Positions 11,175 to 21,745 of a stretch of 33,243 nt of DNA are shown in pieces. Source of the stretch: Octopus sinensis (Eukaryota); NCBI RefSeq assembly GCF_006345805.1, contig NW_021832904.1, forward strand, positions 1 to 33,243. The letters are read 5' to 3'. The position numbers were made by a program, and so were the translations under genes. A model generated the notes under the pieces. The model was not told where the DNA came from. It did no database searches and worked only from the letters and a program-made list of their open reading frames with translations. Numbering within the stretch: the first letter of the stretch is position 1; every line of letters starts with the position of its first letter.

Positions 11175-12254
11175 CAGGGTCTTTCCTTCCGGCCGTCAAA
11201 GTCTCCGCCAAGGGGCCTGATGCTGCTGCTGCTGTTGATGTTGTAGTTGGTTTTGTTGTTGTTGTTGTTGTTGTCGTCGCTGCTGCTGTTGATGTTGAGT
11301 TTATAGTCTTTGCCGCTGCTGTTTGTCTACTTCCGGTCGTGGGTTCAATATCCGTGGGCGACTGCTCCCCTCCTTCGCCCTGCCTGCTCGCATCGTCGTC
11401 GTCGTCGTCAAACATTTCGTCATCGTCATCGTCGTCAATGTTCCTGTTGTCATCGTCCACCGTCATAACCACATCCTCACCATCATCATCACCGTCATCA
11501 TCATCATCATCATCATCGTCTTGCTGTAGTTGTACTTTGCCATTTTCTCTCTCACCACCAGCACCACCACCACCACCATCATCATCACCACCAACACCAT
11601 CACCACCACCATCCTCCTCCTCTTCTTCTTCCTCATAATATTCAACATCATCTTCATCGCCATTTACTCCCACTTCCTCTTCTTCTTCCTCCTCCTCCTC
11701 CACTGCTGCCGCATCCAACTCCATCCTGTCACCACCGCCACCCGAGCCACGTCGCTGAAAGTCCTTTGTTGTGGCCCCGCTGCGAGGCGGCGCAGACAGA
11801 GACCCGTCAGCACCAGTTCCACCACCAGGCGACACGACCTCATTTGAGGACCAAGCCACTTCTGCTTCATCGTCCTCCTCCTCCTCTTCCTCTTCTTCCT
11901 CCTCCTCCTCCTGCTCTTCATCTGGTGTGTGTGGTGGAGACGGAGGCACTGTGACATTACCGGTCAGGCTGTTGGTGGTTCTGACACCACCACCACCACC
12001 GACATTACTAGTTGATCTCTGTGGCACCGTGGTGACGACACCATTGGCCAGGCTGCTAGCAGTGATGATACCACCACCACCGCTAGCTGCCGTCCTCAGT
12101 GAAACTGTGCCACCACTGGCGGACCTCAGCGGTACTTTGCACTTGAAGCAGACGTAATCATCGTCTTCCCCAACCTCATCCTCTCCGACGCCAACACACA
12201 ACAAGTGGAACCACAATTCACAGCGGTCACATTGTACCCAATTCACCTCGTCAC
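11175..12254 (-). CDS. KDM5: KDM5 coding exon: rest of PHD3 plus about 320-aa acidic/low-complexity tail
   Basis: Acceptor TTTTTCGTTTAG|GT, phase 1, gives GDEVNWVQCDRCELWFHLLCVG...YVCFKC. The frame is open to a stop at 11080, but a strong donor CCTG|GTAAGA at 11174 gives a 1080-nt exon; the 3' boundary is less certain than the 5'. Confidence 0.88.
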
Positions 12255-12333
12255 CTAAACGAAAAAAAATAATAATTAAGATCAAATAATTAAGAAAAAA
12301 CATTTTTTCAAAATCCTTTTATACACACACATA

Positions 12334-12746
12334 GGATCTTTTCTGTTTGACCGGCAGTTTTTTAAAATAATTTCTAGGTAACTAAACACTTTTAAGCTTC
12401 GTATCCTGGTAGAATGTGTTTATAAAACATCTTTTTCTCTTGGCTTTATTGAGAAAATTCTATAGTTTGTAAGATATTTGTTGTTTTTTTCTTCAATTTC
12501 TGCAATTTCAACAAATCACTGATGACTATTGAGGTAAAAAACATTCTGTGCCGTATGAATATGTCCCTCGTTTAAGAAACAGATTGGGTTTATTTACATT
12601 TCTGAAGAAAAAAAGATACCCTTCCCCTACCCAACCCTAACCCTAAAACAGATTGAAATGCAATAGATCGATACTAGGGTCATAATTATGGGTGACAATT
12701 TCATATGACACCGCTAGAAAAAACTGCCGGTCAAACCAAAAAGATC
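12334..12746. mobile_element. MITE with ~29-bp TIRs
   Basis: GGATCTTTTCTGTTTGACCGGCAGTTTTTT ... AAAAAACTGCCGGTCAAACCAAAAGATCC; internal pieces recur at about 13704-13953. Confidence 0.8.
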
Positions 12747-13015
12747 CCACACGTATGTATACACAAACACATGCGTATATATACATACATATATACATCA
12801 CCACTTTTAACATTCTCCTTCCATGCCGGCATGAACGTATGTGTGTGTGTGTGTGTGTGTGTGAATATATATATATATATATAGTACAAAGAAAGATAGG
12901 GGTTATAGGTGTAACCCACTAAGGGATAGCATTTATCCAATATACTATTGGTAAAGTACCCAGATTCCTAATACATAAATGTTTTTAATTGCAATGCAAT
13001 TAACTCATTTATTGT

Positions 13016-13401
13016 GGATGGAAGCACTCCGTCGGTTACGACGACGAGGGTTCCGGTTGATCCGATCAACGGAACAGCCTGCTCGTGAAATTAATGTGTA
13101 AGTGGCTAAGCACTCCGCAGACACGTGTACCCTTAACGTAGTTCTCGGGGATATTCAGCGTGACACAGAGAGTGACAAGGCTGGCCCTTTGAAATACAGG
13201 TACAACAGAAACAGGAAGTAAGAGTGAGAGAAAGTTGTGGTGAAAGAGTACAGCAGGGATCACCACCACCCGCCTGCCGGAGCCGTGTGGAGCTTTAGGT
13301 GTTTTCGCTCAATAAACACTCACAACGCCCGGTCTGGGAATCGAAACCGCAATCCTCCGACCGCGAGTCCGCTGCCCTAACCACTGGGCCATTGCGCCTC
13401 C
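13016..13401 (-). mobile_element. tRNA-derived SINE family B with 13-bp TSD
   Basis: Head GGAGGCGCAATGGCCCAGTGG...GGTTTCGATTCCC; TSD ACTCATTTATTGT at 13003-13015 and 13402-13414. Confidence 0.9.
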
Positions 13402-13579
13402 ACTCATTTATTGTATTAAACGGGTGAAGGTAAAGAAATATTTTTACTGCAAATTTATAATAGAAATAAGAAAATGGAGAAACAAATTTATTTTGTTCAT
13501 CAACTTTCGGATATTAGAATGTTGGATTAATTATTCATTTAACAAAATGAGAACCTTAGTAACATACATAAATGTCTTG

Positions 13580-13656
13580 TATTCTTATCTTACACGTGGG
13601 TGGCTTCCCAGACCCCAGTTGAACCATCCCGGACGCTAAACAATGATGATGATGAT
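13580..13656 (+). mobile_element. Short RTE 3'-tail fragment
   Basis: Reverse complement of 1201-1290, ends in (GAT)n. Confidence 0.65.
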
Positions 13657-14177
13657 TATGTATGCTATTACGGTTCTCATTTTGTAAAATGAATAAATAA
13701 TCTAACAAATCACTGACGACTATTGAGGTAAAAAACATTCTGTGCCGTATGAATATGTCCCTCGTTTAAGAAACAGATTGGGTTTATTTACATTTCTGAA
13801 GAAAAAAACGATACCCTTACCCCTACCCCTAACCAACCCTAACCCTAAAACAGATTGAAATGCAATAGATCGATACTAGGGTCAATTTCTGCAATTTCAA
13901 CTAACCACTGACGTCTATTGAGGTGAAAAACATTCTGTGCCATATGAATATGTTTAATTGGAGCTGCTGATATAGTAATAGCAAGATTGGTTTAATTGAA
14001 ACAGACAAAACAATTGTAAACTAAGCAATACACTCCATTATCCATAATTCTATCATGTGTTTGTGTGTGTATACATATATATATATATGCAGGGTGCAAA
14101 GGATACTTCAGGGCACATTATAATATCCGAAAGTTGATGAACAAACTAGATTTGTTTCTCCATTTTCTTATTTCTAT

Positions 14178-14238
<61 letters not shown>

Positions 14239-14271
14239 TTTTGATATGTGTATATATATATATATATATAT

Positions 14272-14515
14272 ACCGGAGTAAACACATAAATGTGAAACAA
14301 GGTGGAAAAAAGAGTACTCAAATACCAGAGGTAGAGTAATATGCTTTATTTAAAGCAGCAGAAATTCAACAAAACTTGTTACTCGGAGTTTCACGTTCCC
14401 GCTCGTCGGACAGTTTTGTTGAATTTCTGCTGCTTTTAAATAAAGTATATTACTCTACCCCTGGTATTTGAGTACTCTTTTTTCCACCTTGTTACACATT
14501 TATGTGTTTACTCCG

Positions 14516-14517
<2 letters not shown>
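14272..14517. repeat. 246-bp near-perfect palindrome (about 104-bp arms) flanked by (TA)n
   Basis: ACCGGAGTAAACACATAAATG...TTCAACAAAAC / GTTTTGTTGAA...CATTTATGTGTTTACTCCGGT with few mismatches. Confidence 0.92.
14371..14417 (-). ncRNA. Type I hammerhead-like motif (U4C variant) forming the loop of the palindrome
   Basis: AAAACTGT-CCGACGA-GCG GGAA CGT-GAA-ACTC C GAGT-A-ACAAGTTTT: stem I TGT/ACA continuing into the long arms, GNRA-capped stem II, palindromic stem III, GUA site. Confidence 0.6.
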
Positions 14518-14567
<50 letters not shown>

Positions 14568-14959
14568 CGTTTTTGTATTTGGTTGCAAGATTTTTTATGT
14601 GAATTTGTGTGTTGAAGCATATTTTATTGTGCCTGGGGAGGGTCATTCTCTTACTTAACACACTCACTGATTTGATTTCCACTCGTTTTTTATAAAATTT
14701 GCGTTGCGTCTTGCAACCTTTTGAATAGACAATGACTATTGAAATGAAGAAGTAAATGTGTGGAAATCGAACCGGTGACTGTGTTAAGCACTAAGGCACT
14801 AAGAGAGAATCACTTTCCCCAGACACAATAATATATATATACATGCATACACACATATATACACATACACACACATAATGGATTTTTGATTTCTGCAGCA
14901 TTCAAACATGGACTGTTATGGAAAGGTTGCCCGATGTCTGGATAAACCAGGAGATGCGG

Positions 14960-15300
14960 ACATGATAATAGCATGATGCAAGATTGGTTTACTTGGAGCT
15001 GCTGATATAGTAATAGCATCATGCAAGATTGGTTTAATTGGAGCTGCTGATATAGTAATAGCATGATGCAAGATTGGTTTAATTGGAGCTGCTGATATAG
15101 TAATAGCATCATGCAAGATTGGTTTAATTAGAGCTGCTGACATGATAATAGCATGATGCAAGATTGGTTTAATTGGAGCTGCTGATATAGTAATAGCATG
15201 ATGTAAGATTGGTTTAAATGGAGCTGCTGATATAGTAATAGCATGATGCAAGATTGGTTTAATTGGAGATGCTGATATAGTAATAGCAAGATTGGTTTAA
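14960..15300. repeat. 45-bp minisatellite, about 7.5 units
   Basis: GCAT(G/C)ATGCAAGATTGGTTTAATTGGAGCTGCTGATATAGTAATA starting at 14971, 15016, 15061, 15106, 15151, 15196, 15241, 15286. Confidence 0.95.
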
Positions 15301-15977
15301 TTGAAACAGACAAAACAATTGTAAACTAAGCAATACACTCCATTATTCATAATTCTATCGTGTGTGTGTGTGTGTATACATATATATATATGCAGGGTGC
15401 AAAGGATACTTCAGGGCACATTTTCAGTACATCAATCTCTTTAGGCCAATCAAAAGATTTCTTTCAGTTTCTCCGTGGAAAATAAAATGGTAAAAGACAC
15501 TTGACTCAGGTGCATAACAGGGGGACTGAACCTCGAACCACAACACTGGGAAGGAGCAAACTTCTCAACCATTACAGCCATGGCCACCCCCATGTGTATT
15601 TGTGTGTGTGTATATATATAAATGTCTTAAGACCGTATCATGCGCGGGGACATAGGAATAATCGGACTGAATACCCGATCGCGCGGTTAAACCATTAAGA
15701 GTGAAGGACTCCCAGCCTTTGTTAGGGCATCCTTCTAGGAGAAGGTAACTCAGGTAACTGGGATAACTCCGACATAAAAGCTGCGGCTCAGTGGTTACCG
15801 ATGATGTTAACTTGTTCTTCTTTTCGGATTATGGCTGCTGTTGCTTAGTGAGTGGGATTGACTCAGTGCACAGCCTTTCCTCACTTTAAAAAAAATCTTC
15901 TTGCACAGGCATTGCACGATAAAAATATTTGATTAAGCTTCGTGCAATGGCCATACTCGATAACGAGGGGACAGCCA

Positions 15978-16044
<67 letters not shown>

Positions 16045-16065
16045 AATATTATATACACACGTATA

Positions 16066-16190
16066 TATTTAAAAACTTGATAGCTAATATTAGTAACAGA
16101 GTGTCTAACCTCTCTTCCTCTAAAGAAATTTCCAAGCAAGTAGCTCCCCCCCCCACCATAACAATGCCCTAACTAATAATGGCTTCAAGG
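16066..16190 (+). mobile_element. Penelope-like RT C-terminal/linker fragment
   Basis: FKNLIANISNRVSNLSSSKEISKQVAP then (frameshift) HNNALTNNGFK, matching the PLE I..R.S.LSS..E.F...AP.Y..AL..SG pattern; next to (TA)n. Confidence 0.6.
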
Positions 16191-16377
16191 ATCATCATCA
16201 ATGGTGTTATTAAATGTCCACTTTCCATGCTGGCATGGGTTGGACAGTTTGACTGAGAACTGGCAAGCCAGGAGGCTGCACCAGGCTCCAATCTGGCTTG
16301 GCAAGGTTTCCACAGCAAGTTGCCTTTCCTAATGCCAACCACTCCGAGTGTAGTGAGTGCTTTTTATGTGCCAACAG
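16191..16377 (-). mobile_element. RTE 3' UTR copy running directly into the 32-bp satellite
   Basis: Colinear with 1201-1400 up to TTTTTA(C/T)GTGCCA.C.GCAC. Confidence 0.8.
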
Positions 16378-19300
16378 CACGGATGCCAGTCAGGTGGCAC
16401 TGGCATCGGCACAGATGCCAGTCAGGTGACACTGGCATCGGCACAGATGCCAGTCAGGTGGCACTGGCATCGGCACAGATGCCAGTCAGGTGGCACTGGC
16501 ATCGGCACAGATGCCAGTCAGGTGACACTGGCATCGGCACAGATGCCAGTCAGGTGACACTGGCATCGGCACAGGTGCCAGTCAGCTGGCACTGGCATCG
16601 GCACAGATGCCAGTCAGGTGACACTGGCATCGGCACAGGTGCCAGTCAGGTGGCACTGGCATCGGCACAGATGCCAGTCAGGTGACACTGGCATCGGCAC
16701 AGGTGCCAGTCAGCTGGCACTGGCATCGGCACAGGTGCCAGTCAGGTGGCACTGGCATCGGCACAGATGCCAGTCAGGTGGCACTGGCATCGGCACAGAT
16801 GCCAGTCAGGTGGCACTGGCATCGGCACAGATGCCAGTCAGGTGACACTGGCATCGGCACAGGTGCCAGTCAGCTGGCACTGGCATCGGCACAGATGCCA
16901 GTCAGGTGACACTGGCATCGGCACAGGTGCCAGTCAGGTGGCACTGGCATCGGCACAGGTGCCAGTCAGGTGGCACTGGCATCGGCACAGATGCCAGTCA
17001 GGTGACACTGGCATCGGCACAGATGCCAGTCAGCTGGCACTGGCATCAGCACAGGTGCCAGTCAGGTGGCATTGGCATCGGCACAGGTGCCAGTCAGGTG
17101 GCATTGGCATCGGCACAGGTGCCAGTCAGGTGGCACTGGCATCGGCACAGGTGCCAGTCAGGTGGCACTGGCATCGGCACAGATGCCAGTCAGGTGACAC
17201 TGGCATCGGCACAGGTGCCAGTCAGCTGGCACTGGCATCAGCACAGTGCCAGTCAGGTGGCATTGGCATCGGCACAGGTGCCAGTCAGGTGGCATTGGCA
17301 TCGGCACAGGTGCCAGTCAGGTGGCACTGGCATCAGCACAGGTGCCAGTCAGGTGGCATTGGCATCGGCACAGGTGCCAGTCAGGTGGCATTGGCATCGG
17401 CACAGGTGCCAGTCAGGTGCACTGGCATCAGCACAGGTGCCAGTCAGGTGGCATTGGCATCGGCACAGGTGCCAGTCAGTTGGCACTGGCATCGGCAACA
17501 GGTGCCAGTCAGGTGCACTGGCATCGGCACAGTGCCAGTCAGGTGGCACTGGCATCAGCACAGGTGCCAGTCAGGTGGCACTGGCATCGGCACAGATGCC
17601 AGTCAGGTGACACTGGCATCGGCACAGGTGCCAGTCAGGTGGCACTGGCATCAGCACAGGTGCCAGTCAGTGGCACTGGCATCGGCACAGATGCCAGTCA
17701 GGTGGCACTGGCATCGGCACAGGTGCCAGTCAGCTGGCACTGGCATCAGCACAGGTGCCAGTCAGGTGGCATTGGCATCGGCACAGGTGCCAGTCAGGTG
17801 GCACTGGCATCAGCACAGGTGCCAGTCAGGTGGCACTGGCATCGGCACAGGTGCCAGTCAGGTGGCACTGGCATCGGCACAGGTGCCAGTCAGGTGGCAC
17901 TGGCATCGGCACAGATGCCAGTCAGGTGACACTGGCATCGGCACAGGTGCCAGTCAGGTGGCACTGGCATCAGCACAGGTGCCAGTCAGGTGGCACTGGC
18001 ATCGGCACAGATGCCAGTCAGGTGGCACTGGCATCGGCACAGGTGCCAGTCAGCTGGCACTGGCATCAGAACAGGTGCCAGTCAGGTGGCATTGGCATCG
18101 GCACAGGTGCCAGTCAGGTGGCACTGGCATCGGCACAGGTGCCAGTCAGGTGGCATTGGCATCGGCACAGGTGCCAGTCAGGTGGCACTGGCATCGGCAC
18201 AGGTGCCAGTCAGGTGGCATTGGCATCGGCACAGGTGCCAGTCAGGTGGCACTGGCATCGGCACAGATGCCAGTCAGGTGGCACTGGCATCGGCACAGGT
18301 GCCAGTCAGGTGACACTGGCATCGGCACAGGTGCCAGTCAGGTGACACTGGCATCGGCACAGGTGCCAGTCAGTTGGCACTGGCATCAGCACAGGTGCCA
18401 GTCAGGTGGCATTGGCATCGGCACAGGTGCCAGTCAGGTGGCATTGGCATCGGCACAGGTGCCAGTCAGGTGGCACTGGCATCGGCACAGGTGCCAGTCA
18501 GGTGGCACTGGCATCGGCACAGATGCCAGTCAGGTGGCACTGGCATCGGCACAGGTGCCAGTCAGGTGGCACTGGCATCGGCACAGGTGCCAGTCAGGTG
18601 ACACTGGCATCGGCACAGATGCCAGTCAGGTGGCACTGGCATCGGCACAGATGCCAGTCAGGTGGCACTGGCATCGGCACAGGTGCCAGTCAGGTGGCAC
18701 TGGCATCGGCACAGGTGCCAGTCAGGTGGCACTGGCATCGCACAGGTGCCAGTCAGGTGGCACTGGCATCGGCACAGTGCCAGTCAGGTGACACTGGCAT
18801 CGGCACAGATGCCAGTCAGGTGGCACTGGCATCGGCACAGATGCCAGTCAGGTGGCACTGGCATCGGCACAGGTGCCAGTCAGGTGGCACTGGCATCGGC
18901 ACAGGTGCCAGTCAGGTGACACTGGCATCGCACAGGTGCCAGTCAGGTGGCACTGGCATCGGCACAGGTGCCAGTCAGGTAGCACTGGCATCGGCACAGG
19001 TGCCAGTCAGGTGACACTGGCATCGGCACAGGTGCCAGTCAGGTGACACTGGCATCGCACAGGTGCCAGTCAGGTGGCACTGGCATCGGCACAGGTGCCA
19101 GTCAGGTGGCACTGGCATCGGCACAGGTGCCAGTCAGGTGGCACTGGCATCGGCACAGGTGCCAGTCAGGTGACACTGGCATCGGCACAGGTGCCAGTCA
19201 GGTGGCACTGGCATCGGCACAGGTGCCAGTCAGGTAGCACTGGCATCGGCACAGGTGCCAGTCAGGTGACACTGGCATCGGCACAGGTGCCAGTCAGGTG

Positions 19301-21056
19301 ACACTGGCATCGGCACAGGTGCCAGTCAGGTGGCACTGGCATCGGCACAGGTGCCAGTCAGGTGGCACTGGCATCGGCACAGGTGCCAGTCAGGTGGCAC
19401 TGGCATCGGCACAGGTGCCAGTCAGGTGACACTGGCATCGGCACAGGTGCCAGTCAGGTGGCACTGGCATCGGCACAGGTGCCAGTCAGGTAGCACTGGC
19501 ATCGGCACAGGTGCCAGTCAGGTGACACTGGCATCGGCACAGGTGCCAGTCAGGTGACACTGGCATCGCACAGGTGCCAGTCAGGTGGCACTGGCATCGG
19601 CACAGGTGCCAGTCAGGTGGCACTGGCATCGGCACAGGTGCCAGTCAGGTGGCACTGGCATCGGCACAGGTGCCAGTCAGGTGGCACTGGCATCGGCACA
19701 GGTGCCAGTCAGGTGGCACTGGCATCGGCACAGGTGCCAGTCAGTGGCACTGGCATCGGCACAGGTGCCAGTCAGGTAGCACTGGCATCGGCACAGGTGC
19801 CAGTCAGGTGACACTGGCATCGGCACAGGTGCCAGTCAGGTGACACTGGCATCGGCACAGGTGCCAGTCAGGTGGCACTGGCATCGGCACAGGTGCCAGT
19901 CAGGTGGCACTGGCATCGGCACAGGTGCCAGTCAGGTGGCACTGGCATCGGCACAGGTGCCAGTCAGGTGGCACTGGCATCGGCACAGGTGCCAGTCAGG
20001 TGGCACTGGCATCGGCACAGGTGCCAGTCAGGTGGCACTGGCATCGGCACAGGTGCCAGTCAGGTAGCACTGGCATCGGCACAGGTGCCAGTCAGGTGAC
20101 ACTGGCATCGGCACAGGTGCCAGTCAGGTGACACTGGCATCGGCACAGGTGCCAGTCAGGTGGCACTGGCATCGGCACAGGTGCCAGTCAGGTGGCACTG
20201 GCATCGGCACAGGTGCCAGTCAGGTAGCACTGGCATCGGCACAGGTGCCAGTCAGGTAGCACTGGCATCGGCACAGGTGCCAGTCAGGTGGCACTGGCAT
20301 CGGCACAGATGCCAGTCAGGTGGCACTGGCATCGGCACAGGTGCCAGTCAGGTGGCACTGGCATCGGCACAGGTGCCAGTCAGGTGGCACTGGCATCGGC
20401 ACAGGTGCCAGTCAGGTGGCACTGGCATCGGCACAGGTGCCAGTCAGGTGACACTGGCATCGGCACAGATGCCAGTCAGGTGGCACTGGCATCGGCACAG
20501 GTGCCAGTCAGGTGACACTGGCATCGGCACAGGTGCCAGTCAGGTGGCACTGGCATCGGCACAGGTGCCAGTCAGGTGGCACTGGCATCGGCACAGGTGC
20601 CAGTCAGGTAGCACTGGCATCGGCACAGGTGCCAGTCAGGTAGCACTGGCATCGGCACAGGTGCCAGTCAGGTGACACTGGCATCGGCACAGATGCCAGT
20701 CAGGTGGCACTGGCATCGGCACAGATGCCAGTCAGGTGGCACTGGCATCGGCACAGGTGCCAGTCAGGTGGCACTGGCATCGGCACAGGTGCCAGTCAGG
20801 TGGCACTGGCATCGGCACAGATGCCAGTCAGGTGGCACTGGCATCGGCACAGGTGCCAGTCAGGTAGCACTGGCATCGGCACAGGTGCCAGTCAGGTGAC
20901 ACTGGCATCGGCACAGATGCCAGTCAGGTGGCACTGGCATCGGCACAGGTGCCAGTCAGCTGGCACTGGCATCAGCACAGGTGCCAGTCAGGTGGCACTG
21001 GCATCGGCACAGGTGCCAGTCAGGTGGCACTGGCATCGGCACAGGTGCCAGTCAGG
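16378..21056. repeat. 32-bp tandem satellite, about 146 units, GGCACAGGTGCCAGTCAGGTGGCACTGGCATC
   Basis: Uninterrupted array of about 4.68 kb with recurring point variants; no spacers. Confidence 0.98.
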
Positions 21057-21504
21057 AGAATCAAGACCATAATAATAGATCTAGTGGCATCAAAGTTAAA
21101 GCGATACATGACCCCTCTAATATTAATCAGAATGATAATAATAATAAGGGGACTCAAAACAGGGCAAGGAAAATTTGAAACCTGGTCAACTATATGTCCA
21201 GTTGCGTTCATTTGTCCCAGAGAAAGCTTGTAATGGTCCCGGTTATAGAGAAAGTTCATCAAATCTGCATGAAACGGGGGAACATCAACTGACTTCAGAA
21301 AGTCATTTATTGTGTGAGTTCTCTTGTGAATGTTCTTTGCGCAGATAAAATTGGCAGAGCCTTGAAACCTTATAATGCTTGTGAACAACAGTTGGGGGTC
21401 TTATGCTGGGTCTTTGACAAAATAACAGCCACTAAAACCCCGTGAAGGTGGCACAACTGCGACATGGTCTTACTGTAAACTGAACTTTCCAGACCAATGG
21501 ACAA

Positions 21505-21600
21505 AAAAATATTCCAATATTGTGTGTGTGTGTATATATATATATGTGTGTGTGTGTGTGTGCGTGTGTGTGTGCGTGTATGTGTCTGTGTGTATATATG

Positions 21601-21668
<68 letters not shown>

Positions 21669-21688
21669 AATATTATATATATATATAT

Positions 21689-21727
<39 letters not shown>

Positions 21728-21745
21728 CTGTGTGTATATATATAT
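21505..21745. repeat. (TG)n/(TA)n microsatellite tract
   Basis: Direct reading. Confidence 0.95.

Noticed and set aside
10979-12157. Plus-strand ORFs (219 aa, 128 aa and others) opposite the PHD3 exon
   Set aside because: Antisense shadows of trinucleotide-repeat coding sequence.
12625-12650. CCCTAACCCTAA telomere-like hexamers (also 13820-13850)
   Set aside because: Only 2-3 units, part of the MITE body, not an interstitial telomere.
13330-13401. tRNA gene calls for SINE heads (also 4080-4147, 21746-21815, 32895-32966)
   Set aside because: A and B boxes are present, but they continue into SINE bodies with TSDs and do not give a convincing cloverleaf.
15660-15960. Possible RTE 5' UTR with an HDV-like ribozyme
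   Set aside because: Only a CCTTCT/AGAAGG hairpin is evident; I could not assemble the nested double pseudoknot by eye.
16746-18791. 681-aa and many other His/Trp-rich ORFs over the satellite
   Set aside because: They are translations of a 32-bp repeat cycling through frames; they are antisense to the host gene and interrupted wherever TGA/TAG variants fall.
16378-21056. CRISPR-like 32-bp repeat array
   Set aside because: Units are contiguous with no unique spacers, there are no cas genes, the context is a eukaryotic intron, and the unit derives from a flanking retroelement.
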